From Heptranchias perlo (taxonomy: Eukaryota): a stretch of DNA of 64,000 nucleotides. The notes below the pieces were generated by a model that was not told the DNA's origin, made no database searches, and saw only the letters and a program-made list of their open reading frames with translations. The stretch covers positions 12,338,001-12,402,000 of the forward strand of contig NC_090354.1 of the NCBI RefSeq assembly GCF_035084215.1, given 5' to 3'. Positions 41,350 through 55,365 of the stretch are shown here, piece after piece. Both the position numbers and the translations under genes were made by a program. Numbering within the stretch: the stretch's first letter is position 1; every line of letters begins with the position of its first letter.

Positions 41350-42204
41350 TATTCATTTAAAATGTTTTGCGTATTAGTGTGATATATGAACAAATACCTT
41401 TGCCTGAATAATGTGAAGTGTTCAGTTATGCCCTATATCTGACATAAACTTGCACTCTTTAGAACCAGATAATGTTTTCCCACATTTAACTCATTTCAAT
41501 TTGAACCAGTGTTTAACCCAACTAAATGTAGTTGAAACAGCTGTGTAGCAGGATTTTACTTTATATGTTTGGATTGAAGGATAAAGGTAAACTAGAAGCA
41601 CTAGTAGCTGCAAATTAGCACTGGTGCCAAGCCTAGCAATAAAAAATGCATTTCCTGCTTGCAGAAAAATAAGTTGAAAGGGGAAATGGTGGAAAGGATT
41701 TATTTTTTTTAGAATGAAACCCCAATGTAGCCACAGTCTGATTCTGTTTGGGAAGCAGCATTGAGGCTCCAGTGACCCAAACTAGAAACCTTTGTTGACA
41801 CTGGTTGATGACCAGGTCAGTCTCAGCTTTGTCTCCTGCAGCTGAATAATCCACTGATAGTGTCTAGAATAGCCTCTTGGCTAACAGACTAGGGGACAAG
41901 TGATGCTTGTGGAACTGTATCCCATGAAGGAATCAGTGCACTCGGGAAGGAGAAAATTGGTGGAATGGGGAGCAAGAGGAAAAAACTTCCAGTGATCATG
42001 GAAGCATACTTCCAAACAAAAACAATGTTTTTCAAAGAATGTTGGAGACCAAGAATTCAGTAATCAGAAGCACAAGCTGTACTAGTACTTTTTTCTATTT
42101 AAACAGTGGAACTACCATTAAATAAATCTGGAAAATTAAGTTAATTATTCCCACATGTACAATTTTGTGGGGGGAAACTGGGTTGAGGCTGGGGTATGTA
42201 AAAA

Positions 42205-42628
42205 GAAAGACTTACTTTTATAAAATGCCGTTCAGGATGTCCAAAGGCGCTTTGCAGTTAATTTTTGAAGTGCAGTCACTGCTGTAATGTAGGAAACACG
42301 GCAGCCAATTTGTGCACATCAAGGTCCCATAAACAACAATGTGATAATGAACTGATCTTTTAATGATGTTGGTTGAGGGATGAATATTGGCCAGGATACT
42401 GGGGAGAACTCGCTTGCTCTTTAAAATAGTGTTATGGGATCTTGTATGGCCACCCGAGACGGCAGCCAGGGCCTCTGTTCAATGTCTCATTGGAAGGACA
42501 TACTTCCGACAGTGCAGCACTTCCTCAGTACTGCACTGAAGTGTCAGCCTAGATTTTGTCCTCAAGTCTCTGGAGTGGGATTTGAACCCACAACAGAGGT
42601 GAGAGTGCTACTGCTGAGCCACGGCTGA
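42205..42628 (-). mobile_element. Deu-domain SINE, near full length
   Basis: Reverse complement of the 6803-7252 family, from the tail to the head ...gagtgctactgctgagccacggctgac. Confidence 0.7.
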
Positions 42629-45600
42629 CTTCACAGACCTGTACTGAAGAGTGCTGTCCTCAAGATATATTTCTCTTTAATCCATGTGCCATGACTAATG
42701 TCATTTCAGATTTTGAACAGTTCAGTACAGCCTAATGTCTGCTATTTTAGCTTGAATAGTGTCAGTTTTGAGAGACCTTGAGATATTTTACAGGCTGATA
42801 AATTCTAGGTTTGCAACAGTTGCTGCCTAAATACCAATGAAATGGAAGGCTTTTTTGGCTCCCCCAGCGATCGAACAAGTGTAGCCAGTGTGCAGCTGAA
42901 TTGTACAAATCAGGAAGTTTCCAAGTTTGATCCCCATTCTGTGCACTGTTAGCTGATCACCCAGGGCAGGATTAGAAGCACTACGGTTAGCCTCTGTGCT
43001 CTTGGACTAGGGATGGAAAAAATTAACTAGAGGTTCTGCTCCTGATTGATACTCAGTGATTTCTCTTGGAAAACTTGTGTATGTATGTATGTAGATGTCG
43101 GGAGGACAAGGATGGGAAAAGCTGTGAAGCTTGCATGTGCATAATGTGAACTTGGGAACCAGATTACAGGCAAATGTAGCAGCATATTTCAGCTCAGTCG
43201 ATTCCTTCAAGAATGGAGGTGAGAAAACTGGCATGAGAAAAATGCAGAAAAAGAAACTTCACAATTTTTGCAGTTTGAATGCAAAAAAAATTACCAACAA
43301 CTACAGTGAATGTGAATTTTAAAAAAAAATTTACCTCCTTTTATAAAATAAATATTGCAGCTTTCACCCCCTCTGGCTTAATTTATAACATGATTTTTCA
43401 CTGCAGTGTGCAAACTAGATTTTTTTTATCTTTACAACTTTGAATCAGTACTGAACAGTTGTGCCATCAACTGCTATTGAATTGTGCCTCAAATTAAACA
43501 GGATCCTGAAATTCCTGGATCTAGGCGAGTGGGACCTGGTTTTGTTGGGTCTTTGCTTCTTAAGAAATTCTGATGAGAGGGGCTGGGTGCTTCTTGTACC
43601 TGCCCCGATGGCAGACGAGGACACAAAAAGCATGCCTGGACCATGGAGGTACACGTGGAGCAATCTGGAAAAAGTGGGACTGCAATGTTTTCTTAACAGC
43701 AATTGATCTGAGAGTGATTGATTATCACTAGGCAAGCAGCAATATTGGCCAATTTTTCAATGCTTGAGATTGTCTTTGGGCCCAACAGCTCTCCTCCAGT
43801 GGGGGGAAGCCACTGTATATGGTGTGGATATCCACTCCCTTATACTAATGATCCCATCCTCAGGATTTGGGACAGGGTCAATAATACTGCCCCACTACAT
43901 TTTTAGGGCAGAACAGGGCTTGAAGAGTTTCAGCCAAAACCAACCAAACATTTACACTGGCATGAAGTGGAAATTATACAAGCAGCACCTTAGATTTGGA
44001 GTTTTACAGCAACCAGTGAAAAAGGCTTGAATGGCAAAAGACTACCAGCTAATTAGGAGAAGCAAGATGAAGTATCCTGAATTTTCTTCAACCAAAATAC
44101 ATTTCAGGGTTAATATGTGATAAGTATTTAATATATCAGGGTCTGAAAAACAGCAAGATGAAAGTTATTGCAAGCTCATGCTGATAACTGATTTTTTTTA
44201 CCATGGTGTCATTTTTATTATAGTTGCATTTCCTGCATCTTCCAATTTTTTTTTAAAAAAGTGATAATTGGCATCAGTGGTGGCAGCATTTATATTTTTT
44301 AATGCTGGTGCTGATATCTAGCAAGATGCCACAGAAAGCCACTGCTTGAGTTGCTTTCTGCTGCTGGTGAAGCAGTCTTAACTACAATGGCAGTATTATA
44401 AAGGGTAATACCTACTGGACATTATAGAAATGTCAGTGTAATTATTGTAACAAAATTCCAATAGGTTCCATTGATATTCCTATATTGGATACACATGCTC
44501 TTATATTTACCTACTGTTCTTCTGAGCAAAGATTCCTGAACACAATGTACCTATTAGTTTTGCACAAGTGTTTTTAATGATGTAGAAGTCAGCCAGTGAC
44601 TCATTTGCTGAATGTACATTGTGGTACTTAGCAATTAAGACCAAGAAGGTAGTAGGTTTGATCCTCAGTCTGTGTTGGGTCTGCAGCATTGGTAGGGGAC
44701 CACAATTGGCCTTGGGAGGAGAATCTTAATACCCTGCTCCATATCACTGTTCAGTAACCTCTGCTGGAAAGTACAACATTGGTGAGGAGTTGGACTAGAA
44801 CACATGCAGCATCAAGGAGGAGTGGGTCTGGGAGGCGTACGGCAGTCAGGTGGAGTATGAACCTACAGGCTTCACAGCCTGAGGAAGGGGGGAAACGGGA
44901 TGCAAGAGATGGGACCTGGCTTGGCTTCTGGAGATCGCTGTCCAATCTGACCCATAGAGAATGGCGACTTGTATGGAATACTACAGACATACCAACTTGG
45001 TATATTCATTGTGGCGATTCGATTTTTAAGTGAACATCTGAGTTTTCTCGATGGGAAGAGACTGGATGCGTGTGACTTCTTGGCCTTGCTAATACAGGAG
45101 CCTCAAGACTGATTCCTCTCTCCCTTGCTATCAATGTACCCTCCTGTAAATGTATTGAGAATGTGCACCAGTGCTATATTGGTGTGAAAACTAGGGTGCG
45201 TTTTTTTCTCTTTTGTAAAGAATGTTTTTAACAATTTTAAATTTGGAAAAATTGTTCGTATCTAATATTGGAGAGTTGTGGAACTGAAGCCTTCAGAAGA
45301 GGAGGAAAATAGGTTGTTGGCGGGAAAAGTGCAAGAAAGTGTTTTAAGAGTAAAAAGTTTTGAGGAGGCAGCGCTATCCTGAAAATCTTCTGTGCTATAT
45401 TTTTTGGGACGTGTGTGGAACAAACCATACAGGTGATGTAGGATTAGATGGTAATATGTCGACAAGCCTTTTATTAAAGGGTTACAAGGTAGCTAATGCA
45501 TTTTGACGAGATGGGCAAATAATTTATACCGAGACAATGTTTTTAAAAAAAAAAGTTACACAGCTTTTTTGAAGTGCTTGAGATCCCTAGTTGATGAGGT

Positions 45601-45664
45601 TTCTCCTTGCGATGGGCCCTAGGTTTTTTGTTGCAGAATTGTTGAAACAACCCAAGGGGTTGTG

Positions 45665-45676
45665 AGTTTCACTTTC
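45665..45676 (+). promoter_or_regulatory. ISRE in the IFI35 promoter
   Basis: AGTTTCACTTTC is an exact match to the ISRE consensus AGTTTCNNTTTC, at the start of a small CpG-rich patch upstream of IFI35. Confidence 0.75.
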
Positions 45677-45699
45677 GCGCGAAGTACGTGGTTACGTGA

Positions 45700-45749
45700 A
45701 GAACTGGAGCCCGGAACTGCCAGTGTTGCTGCTCGTACACAGACCGAAG
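45700..45749 (+). other. IFI35: Putative IFI35 non-coding first exon (5' end approximate)
   Basis: CpG-rich segment directly after the ISRE, ending in donor AAG|GTTAGT (alternative CC|GTAAGA at 45761); the ATG-bearing exon at 48433 has an acceptor, which implies an upstream exon. Confidence 0.45.
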
Positions 45750-46048
45750 GTTAGTTTCACCGTAAGATCTCGGGATCCGCTTTCCCTTCGACTCTTTGGT
45801 AGTGAACAACATGCCAGAAATGCTCATTTTCTTTTGTATTTAGTGCCTTTTATTTATTAAGAACTTAATATCTACGCGAGATAGATACGGAAACGTAACG
45901 GACAGCTTTCCAGTTCCACAACTAGTTATTAGAAAATATATTAATAATGAACTCTTTTAATTTTATATCTGGGGGAGGGGGAATCTTATGTTCTACAGTA
46001 AATTAGAGAAATTTATTTTGGGGAAAAAAGATAAGGCGAAGCGATGAT

Positions 46049-46086
46049 AGTTTCAATTTCTTTACCAAACAATCGAAAGTGAAAGT
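46049..46086 (+). promoter_or_regulatory. Second ISRE and IRF-E/PRDI-like site
   Basis: AGTTTCAATTTC (46049-46060) and GAAAGTGAAAGT (46075-46086). Confidence 0.65.
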
Positions 46087-46494
46087 GTTGATCCTTATTT
46101 TACTATAATATTTTGCGAAGTAACATGTATTTGAAGATTAGGTAGAAATGAACATGTTTCTGCATTTTTACAGAAGGCGATCTTCAGCTTTGTTTTCCTT
46201 TGTATTACTGTATATAATTGTTAAAATGGTAAATTCCCTTTAAAATGTAAATAAGGCAACATTTTTTTAAAAACACAGTAAATATAATTTTTTAGAAATC
46301 TTGCCATCCTCCCCGGCCCCTCCTCTATTTCCCCCTACTCCACCTATTTCTCTCTCCCTCTCTATTTTGCCCATCTCTACTTCCCCCGCATCCCCCCCCA
46401 ACCACACGAATAAACACCTCCTCCCCATGTGTTGTCTCTTTGCTGGGGGTACATTTCCATGGGCACCAGTTGTCCTCAAAACACTTGTCAATGG

Positions 46495-47007
46495 GTATCA
46501 GTAGGCAGTGACTAGTGGGGTACCGCAGGGATCAGTGCTTGGGCCCCAGCTAGACTGATTCCTGGGATGGCAGGACTGACGTATGAGGAGAGATTGGGTC
46601 GACTTGGCCTATATTCACTCGAGTTGAGAAGAATGAGAGGTGATCTCATCGAAACATATAAAATTCTAACAGGACTAGACAGACTAGATGCAGGGAGGAT
46701 GTTCCCAATGGCTGGGGAGTCCAGAACCAGGGGTATGCCATTTAGAACCAAGATGAGGAGAAATTTCTTCACTCTGAGGGTGCTGAACCTGTGGAATTCT
46801 CTACCACAGAAGGCAGTGGAGGCCAAGTCATTAGATGTATTCAAGAAGGAGATAGATATATTTCTTAATGCTAAAGGGATCAAAGGAGATGGGGAAAAAG
46901 TGGGAACAGGGTACTGAGTTAGATGATCAGCCATGATCATTTTGAATGGTGGAGCAGGCCCGAAGGGCCGAATGGCCTACTCTTGCTCCTATTTTCTATG
47001 TTTCTAT
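46495..47007 (+). mobile_element. Internally deleted CR1 fragment
   Basis: TSGVPQGSVLGPQ joined directly to RLIPGMAGLTYEERL...; 3' end ttctatgtttctat. Confidence 0.85.
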
Positions 47008-47544
47008 ATTTACCATCAACACCGTGGGGATATGTGTTCCCGCTATTGTAAAATTATTTGGCATTAGTAGTATTGCCATTGTTTCTGTGTTTAGAACAGT
47101 GTGCAGTGGTTTACTTATGTTTGAATATAATAGGATTCATTGGTACTGTGCAAAGTCTCCGTGTCCTGTGTTTTTGGAGAACAAAATTTAGCTTCTTTAA
47201 TGAGGTCTTAAATACCGTAATTTCCGGTCCCACCTTCTCTCCGCTGAATAATTTGGAAGCCAAGTTTATCCTTATAAAAAAATGTGTAAATTCAAGGCTT
47301 GGTTAATATTAAGTAGTGCAAGATACAAATCAGATTTTAAAATCAATATTAATATTTGATTATTGTGATTTTCCAACGGTGCTGCTGAAACTCTGCTCTA
47401 GTCTTTCAACACCCATTGCATTTCACAGACTGTGTTAGAGATCCCTTCCTCTTACAGCATCTTTCATTTCCTTTGATTAAATGTATTGCCCAACTTTCTG
47501 GCTAGGAACTTGCAAAACATGGCTCTAGGAGATAAATAAAATCA

Positions 47545-47678
47545 AAAGCAAAATACTGCGGATGCTGGACATCTGAAATTAAAGCAGGAAATGCTGGAAA
47601 TATTCAGCAGGTCAGGCAGCATCTGTGAAGAGAGAAACAGAGTTAACATTTCAGATCAATGACCTTTCATCAGAACAG
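47545..47678 (-). mobile_element. Short Penelope-type pLTR fragment (second family) with a hammerhead-like motif
   Basis: Minus strand reads gttCTGATGAaaggtcattgatctGAAAtgttaac followed by cacagatgctgcctgacctgctga; related copies at 32525-32605 and 11625-11735. Confidence 0.6.
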
Positions 47679-48464
47679 ATAAATTTAATGTTGCTCGAAG
47701 CTGAGTTTTGAACTCAGACCCTCCAAACGTTGGTACAGTTATCAGGCTCAAGCAGTTGCGATTAGAAAAATTTCAATCTCCATTCATGTGACAAAAACTG
47801 GCAGCTGTAATTTGTGTAGAATCTGTTAATCACTGACAATTTCAAATAACTAAGCCTCCACAAGATTTACTGCTGTAGAAGGTCTGGATGAATCACAGAC
47901 CTGGAGCAGTGATAATCAATGACCAGATTTCATCAAACTGGCCAGAGTTCCCCGATGGCTTAGTATGTGTGGTGGTACCAAGCCATATGGCCTAGGATGG
48001 ACCCGAGTTTGATCCCTGGTCGATGCTAAGTTAGCTGATCACAGTTCGGGCACTGTATTTGGCCTCACCGCCCGTGGGCTAGGAAGCAAAAGGAAATCAC
48101 ACATGAAGAATGACCGTGTGAGGGAAGGTATAGAATGGTTGCTAACTCACGTGGGGCTGTACTCCAGCAAGAGGGCCTTCGGGAAAAGGGGGGTAAAAAT
48201 TGGGGAATAAAAACATAGGGTACATTTACTCACCTGTGCTAATGTTGGCAAAAACCTCAGTATGACTGTAAAGTGGGTAACCTGCTTTATTCCTGTATCC
48301 ACCTTTTGCACCAACAATAGCAAACAGAGCAAAATATAATCCATAATCTATACTCAACATTCACAGTGGCATCATCACATTGGATTTGTTTCGTGGAGAA
48401 ATTTAATGTGAAACTTTATATTTTTGTAACAGGTTTACAGTCTTGAGGCTGCATAAATTTCATC

Positions 48465-48488
48465 ATGGAATCTAAAAATTTTGATGCG
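48465..48488 (+). CDS. IFI35: IFI35 first coding exon (MESKNFDA)
   Basis: Acceptor aacag| at 48432, Kozak atcATGg and donor GCG|GTGAGT; parallels the short human first coding segment MSAPLDA. Confidence 0.7.
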
Positions 48489-48620
48489 GTGAGTCAATAA
48501 TTTAAAAAAAATCTTTGTGCCGTCTTCCTGAGCACAAATGTCTGATAAACTCTTTTTTTCTCTGGAGAGAGAGAGAGTGAACATGCTTACATGTACCAGG
48601 TGAGCTGCCCATAATTTTTG

Positions 48621-49356
<736 letters not shown>

Positions 49357-50300
49357 ACATCACCTACAAATGGTATATTCCACTATGTTTGACATGATAA
49401 CATCGTGTTTTCAAAGGGAAAAAAGGTAACCAAACACATTTTGAAGAAACAGAAAGTGCTAGAAATGCACAACAGAACGTTCTGCATTGAATGGGCAAGA
49501 TGAAAAGAGACAGAAACAAACAAATTACATTTATATACCACCTTATTACATCCTCAAAACATCCCAAAGTACTTCACAAATTAATTTTAAAGTATAATCA
49601 TTCTTGTTATGTGGACAAACACAGCTTCCACCTTGCACACAACAAGCTCCCACAAACAGCAACGAAATGAATGACCAGATAATCTGTTTTTGGCAGTGCT
49701 GGTTGAGGGAGGAATGTTGGGAGGAAGGCACCAGGAGAACTCATGATACCAAACTGTTCAGTGAAAATACGTTCTATGATTTCTTATTAATCTTGTGTAG
49801 ATTGAAATGTTTTTTGCAACACTTTTCATGGATTTTGTATTTAAATTAATTGGAATACAACCTTAGATCACAGGATGCAAATTGCTTTGTACACAGTTCA
49901 TGAGATTTTATCCAATTAAACTGTATTTGGAATCATTTATTGAAAACTGTATAAAATAATTAGCAAGAAAAAAGTTTTCAGAAAAGGAATTCCCCACAGT
50001 TTTTTATTTGTTTTCATAGTGCAAAGGAAGAGCAGATTTTGAATCTGTAGATCGTTTAGTTTTATAAATGTGCCTTGAAATCTGATACCTTACATCCACC
50101 CGAGCAGGTAAGGGCCTCAGTTTAATATATCATGCAAAAGACAGCATGTCTGATAATGTAGCACTCACTTAGAGATATCAGCCTAATTTCCAGGTTGAGT
50201 CAATAGTGGGGCTTGAACCCATAAACTTCTGAGGCAGGGGTGAGAGTGCTACCAACTAAGCCAAACTGACAGCTTGACATATGTCTGTTTCTTTTTACAG

Positions 50301-50390
50301 AAAATCTTCACTAGGCACTTGAACCCGGAATTGGTGCAGGATGATGCCTCAAAGCTGAAAATAATCATTCAGGAAATAGAAAAGTGCAAG
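50301..50390 (+). CDS. IFI35: IFI35 coding exon 2 (coiled-coil region)
   Basis: tttttacag| KIFTRHLNPELVQDDASKLKIIIQEIEKCK |gtcaga; 90 nt, phase 0-0, open. Confidence 0.7.
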
Positions 50391-50558
50391 GTCAGATTAA
50401 AGTGAAATTTTAAAGTAAAAGTTTGCGTTTTGTAATCGTCACGAGTAGAAATTCCTCTGAATGCTGTGTGTTGTAACATCATAAATGTATTTGAGAAGCT
50501 CTCTAGTGTTCAGTATTTCTAGTGAAACCAAAAATGCACTTTCAAAAAAATAATTATA

Positions 50559-51123
50559 GGGCATGATTTTAGCGGATTGGTTGCCCCTCCCCCCAATCTG
50601 CCCATTTCCAGCGACCCCCCCACCCTCAACGATTGTGAAACCCCCCACCCCCAATGATCGCGACTCCCTACCCAACGACTGCGAACCCCGGGATGACCTC
50701 CGATCCTGACCCCCTCCCCGGTGACTGACTCCCCACCCCGGGTGACTGACCCCCGATACCCCCTCCCCCCGATGAACCCCGATCCCCCTCCTAATGACTG
50801 ACCCCCTCCATCCTGCTGACCCCATGCCCGCCGATGCCCCTTGCCTCCGATGCCCCCATGCCTGCCGATGCTCCACCAACCACCCCCCTCTTTCCATCCG
50901 ATCTAAGACTTAACTGAACACTTACCTCTTCCTTGCTCTTCTCCCATCTGACTGAGGCCAGCCTGTCAATCAGGCCGGCCTGTCGGGCAGGAAACTGTCA
51001 AAAAAAAAAAGACGCCCTTACGCCAAAATCATAAGGATGTTCGGGAAACCTGTACTTCTGGATTTCTCATCCGTAATTCGACCCCCCCTGGCCCCTTCCC
51101 GGCTCAGGGCTAAAATTATTCCC
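50559..51123. mobile_element. MITE with short terminal inverted repeats and a C-rich internal repeat
   Basis: Termini gggcatgattttagc ... gctaaaattattccc; internal ccccgat/gactgac low-complexity repeats. Confidence 0.65.
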
Positions 51124-51511
51124 ACAATGTCGTTACACAAAGCGACCTGCCAAATTCTTATCCCCACATGAGTTCTGACAGGAATGATCATAAGGGGAAA
51201 AAAATTAAAGAGAATGGAGCCTGCAATCTACTTTTAATAATTATCATATGGTGAATTAATAATTTGGATTCTGAAGCTCAATAAAAATTGGGGTGAGACC
51301 AAACTAGAGCAGCTCAGGAACTACAAAATGAGTTAGACAAAATATGTAAGTCGTGGTCCAATGACAGATGAAAAAATGGGTGACATACGTATTGTAGTTT
51401 CTTGGTTTCTCTCTTCCCTCCTTCCTTAAATAATGGAGTGACATTTGCAATTTTACAATCCAATTGGGGCAACAAGTTAAATGGTGGAGGACCATTGTTT
51501 TATCTTACCAG

Positions 51512-51670
51512 GCCCATCATGATTCTGTGCAAAAGGACAAGGCTGAATTACAAAGAGTAAAGTGTGAAATAGAAAAGATGGCAAAGGAATATAAAGCCCG
51601 GACTGAAAGACTACATCAAAGTATCGAGGATGACAGAATAGGAGAACAGCTTCAGGATTTAAAATTTCAG
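51512..51670 (+). CDS. IFI35: IFI35 coding exon 3 (coiled coil)
   Basis: taccag| AHHDSVQKDKAELQRVKCEIEKMAKEYKARTERLHQSIEDDRIGEQLQDLKFQ |gttggc; 159 nt. Confidence 0.8.
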
Positions 51671-51904
51671 GTTGGCAATTTTGTGGTTTGTATTTATTTT
51701 TATTTATGAACGTTTACATTTTATGGACTAGAAAACCATATCAGTTTAAATAATAGCGTTTCCAACATGTGCGATTCACCTTGAGTCCTGTGATTTGCAG
51801 AAGCTATTTAAATGATCAGGACATAAACTTCCCGCATGAATCACGAACATTCAAAAAACCTCCGCAAGTTGTGAACTTGTGGGTGAATCATTTATGGTGT
51901 AGAA

Positions 51905-54165
51905 GCATAGAACCATAGAACCATGGAAAAGATACAGCACAGAAGGGGGCCGTTCAGCCCATCATGTCCGTGCTGGCTCGAAGAACAACCAGGTGCCCAT
52001 TCTAATCCCACCTTCTAGCACCCAGTCCGTAGCCCTGCAGCTTACAGCACTTTAGGTGTAGGTCCAGGTACTTTTTAAAAGAGTTGAGGGACCCTGCCTC
52101 TACCACCAATTCGGGCAGCGAATTCCACAAACCCACCATCCTCTGGGTAAAAATGTTTTTCCTCATGTCCCCTCTATCCTGCCAATCAGCTTAAATCTAT
52201 GTCCTCTAGTTCTTGAACTCTCCACTAGGGGAAACAGGTACTTCCTGTCTACTCTATCTGGGCCCCTCATAATTTTGTACACCTCAATCAAGTCACCCCT
52301 CAGCCTCCTCTGCTCCAAGGAAAATAACCCCAGCCTATCCAATCTCTCCTCGTTATTGCAATTTTCAAGCCCTGGCAACATTCTTGTAAATCTTCTCTGC
52401 ACTCTCTCCAGAGCAATTATGTCCTTCCTGTAATGTGATGACCAGAACTGCGCACAATACTCCAGCAGTGGCCTTACAAGCGTTTTATACAGTTCCATCA
52501 TTACATCCCTGCTTTTGTATTCTATACCTCAGCTAATAACGGAGAGCATTCCGTATGCCTTCTTCACAACCTTATCTACCTGTACTGCCACCTTCAGGGG
52601 CCTGTGCACATGCACTCCAAGGTCTCTCACTTCCTCTACCCCTCTCAATATATTCCCGTTTACTACGTATTCCCTTTTACTGTTTGCCCTCCCTAAGTGC
52701 ATTACCTCACACTTCTCCGGGTTGAACTCCATTTGCCACTTTTCCCCCCGTTGATATCTTCTTGGAGTCTACAGAGTTCCTCTTCACTATCAACTACACG
52801 GCCAATTTTTGTGTCGTCTGCAAATTTGCCAATCATGCCCCTTACATTCAAGTCTAAGTCGTTAATATATACCACAAACAGCAAGGGACCCAACACTGAG
52901 CCCTGTGGCACATCACTGGAAACGGATTTCCATTCGCAAAGACATCCAAGGGCTTTTACCCTTTGTTTCCTGTTACTAAGCCAATTTTGGATCCAATTCG
53001 CCACATTTCCCTGTATCCCATGGGCTTTTACCTTTCTGACCAGTCTGCCATGTGGGACCTTGTCAAATGCCTTATTAAAATCCATGTAAACAATTTCCAC
53101 TGTACTTCCCTCATCAATCCTCCTTGTCACTTCTTCAAAGAATTTAATCAGATTTGTAAGGCATGACCTTCCCTGAACAAATCCATACTGACCGTCCCTG
53201 ATTAAACCATGCCTTTCCAAGGGTCAGTTTATCCTATCTCTCAGTATTGATGCTAATAGTTTGCCCACCACCGAGGTAAGACTGACCGGCCTATAATTGT
53301 TCGGCCTTTCCCTCATACCCTTTTTAAACAATGGTACTACGTTTGCAATCTTCCAGTCCTCCGTACCTCCCCTGTATCTAGTGAGGATTGGAAAATGATC
53401 CTCAGAGCATCCGCTATTTCCTCCCTGGCTTCCTTCAATAGACTAGGAAACAATCCATCCGGCCCTGGTGACTTATCAACTTTCAAGGATTCCAGTCCCT
53501 CTAGTACTTCCTCTCTTGTTGTGTTTACCTTATCCAATATTTCACACCTCTCCTCTTTTACTACTACGTCCGGATCATCCCTTTCCTTTGTGAATATGGA
53601 GACAAAATATTCATTTAAAACCCTACCGACATCCTCTGCTTCTACACACAAATTACCCTTATCATCCCTGATAGGTCCCACCTTTTCCTTAGCTATCCTC
53701 TTGTTCTTAATGTACTGATAAAACATCTTTGGGTTTTCGTTAATCTTACTAGCTAATATTTTTTTCATGCCCTCTCTTTGCTTTCCTTATTTCCTTTTTT
53801 ACGTCATCCCTGAACTTTCTATACTCCTCTAGGCTTTCTGCAGTATTAGTTTTCTGTGACAGCCATAAGCTTTTTTTTCTGCTTTATCTTGCCCTGTATA
53901 CTTCTAGACAACCAGAGGGCTCTAAATTTGGCAGTGTCACCTTTTTTCTTTGAGGGGATGTGTCTGCATTTTACCTGTAGAATTTCACTTTTTAGTGCCT
54001 CCCACTGGCTTGCCACTGATTTCTCCTCAAGTAGTTGTGTCCAGTCCACTTCTGCCAAATCACCTCTTAGTTCTGTAAAATTTGCCTTCCCCCAATTTAA
54101 AACATTTACTCCTGATTTAACTCTGTCCTTTTCCATAATAATGCTCAAACTAACTGAATTGTAGT
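51905..54165 (-). mobile_element. CR1 LINE, ~2.3 kb, 5'-truncated and frameshifted
   Basis: Successive ORFs 53846-54247, 53337-53768, 52702-53220, 52529-52732 and 52163-52501 tile CR1 ORF2 (KSPGPDG, DFNKAFDKV, PQGSVLGP, FADDTK). Confidence 0.93.
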
Positions 54166-55248
54166 AATGAAGATTTGTTTTAAAGCAAAAACTGAGCATT
54201 TTTGTCTGGGTGCCTACTTGAATTGGTGAGTTTTGTGGCAATAACATCTGTACACAGTTTTGTCATATTACCTCACATGCATGTAGCAATAAGGGTTAAA
54301 TAAATAATGAAGCATGAGGCCTTCTCCTTGAATATTCATCCAAAAAATAGGCTAGAAATGTCTGTTGCTGACATTACCTACAAATGCTTAGATTCCAATT
54401 ATATTCTTCTATCCCCTATTTTAATGGAGGCATTAGCTTATTTTTTAAAAATGGGCTAATACCTCATCAAAATAGCAGGCAGTGAAATGCTACAGCTGTT
54501 GTGGTGTGTGCTGAATCTCTGCATGCCTTCAGGAGGGATCTGGCCAGTTCTTGACTGGGGCAGAGATCACGTCATATAGAAGGTAAGTGAATTAACAGAA
54601 AACAAATGCGTAATCCATATGATCTCCTGGACTTGTTTTGATGACCTTAGAGGAATTTTCCAGTGTTTTTCTGCCCCTTATTGGCCCTGGGTTTTCCTCT
54701 GTTTTTACCTCTCCCGGGAGATTACATGGCTGCGAGGAAGAGCAGAGGGAAAGTGTCTAGTCATAACGCTCCAGCCAACGTGAGTGTGGGGCAGGTTTGA
54801 TGGACCAGCTGATCTTTTCCTGCCCCTTCATTTTCATATGTTCGTATGTAAATGTGTTAAATGCTTTTCTGCTAATATCGCCAACAGTAATTTTTAAGCC
54901 AATATGCTTTAATATAAAAAAATTAAACAATTTTTTTGAAACTTCCTGTTGTTGATCTTACAATTGTAACAGCTACCTCTGTGTTGTTTCTAAGCTTTGG
55001 GCCAACATATTGGGATCACTCTCAGCACCTTTAAACTTGTTACTTTCAGTGGAATAAAAAAAGCTCAGTTCTCAGAAAATACAGGACCAGTGTGTATAGA
55101 GATCTCCACCTTATGTACCTCTTGGTTAGAATATGTACTACATAAGTGGGAAACATGAATCTTGAGCTCATTACTAGCACCTGTCTTGTGCTGCAAACAA
55201 TCTCGATGATTTCAGTATTTTTATTGATTGGTGTGTGTTCTTCTGTAG

Positions 55249-55365
55249 GAACAAATTAACAAAGAAGAGAAAGAGAATGACATTATTTTAAAGGAGCAAG
55301 ATAATATAAAGGATGAGTTAAGAAAGCTTGAAGAAGAAAGATCAGAGCTGGAGGAGCAGCTCAAG
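55249..55365 (+). CDS. IFI35: IFI35 coding exon 4 (coiled coil)
   Basis: ctgtag| EQINKEEKENDIILKEQDNIKDELRKLEEERSELEEQLK |gtaaga; 117 nt. Confidence 0.8.
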
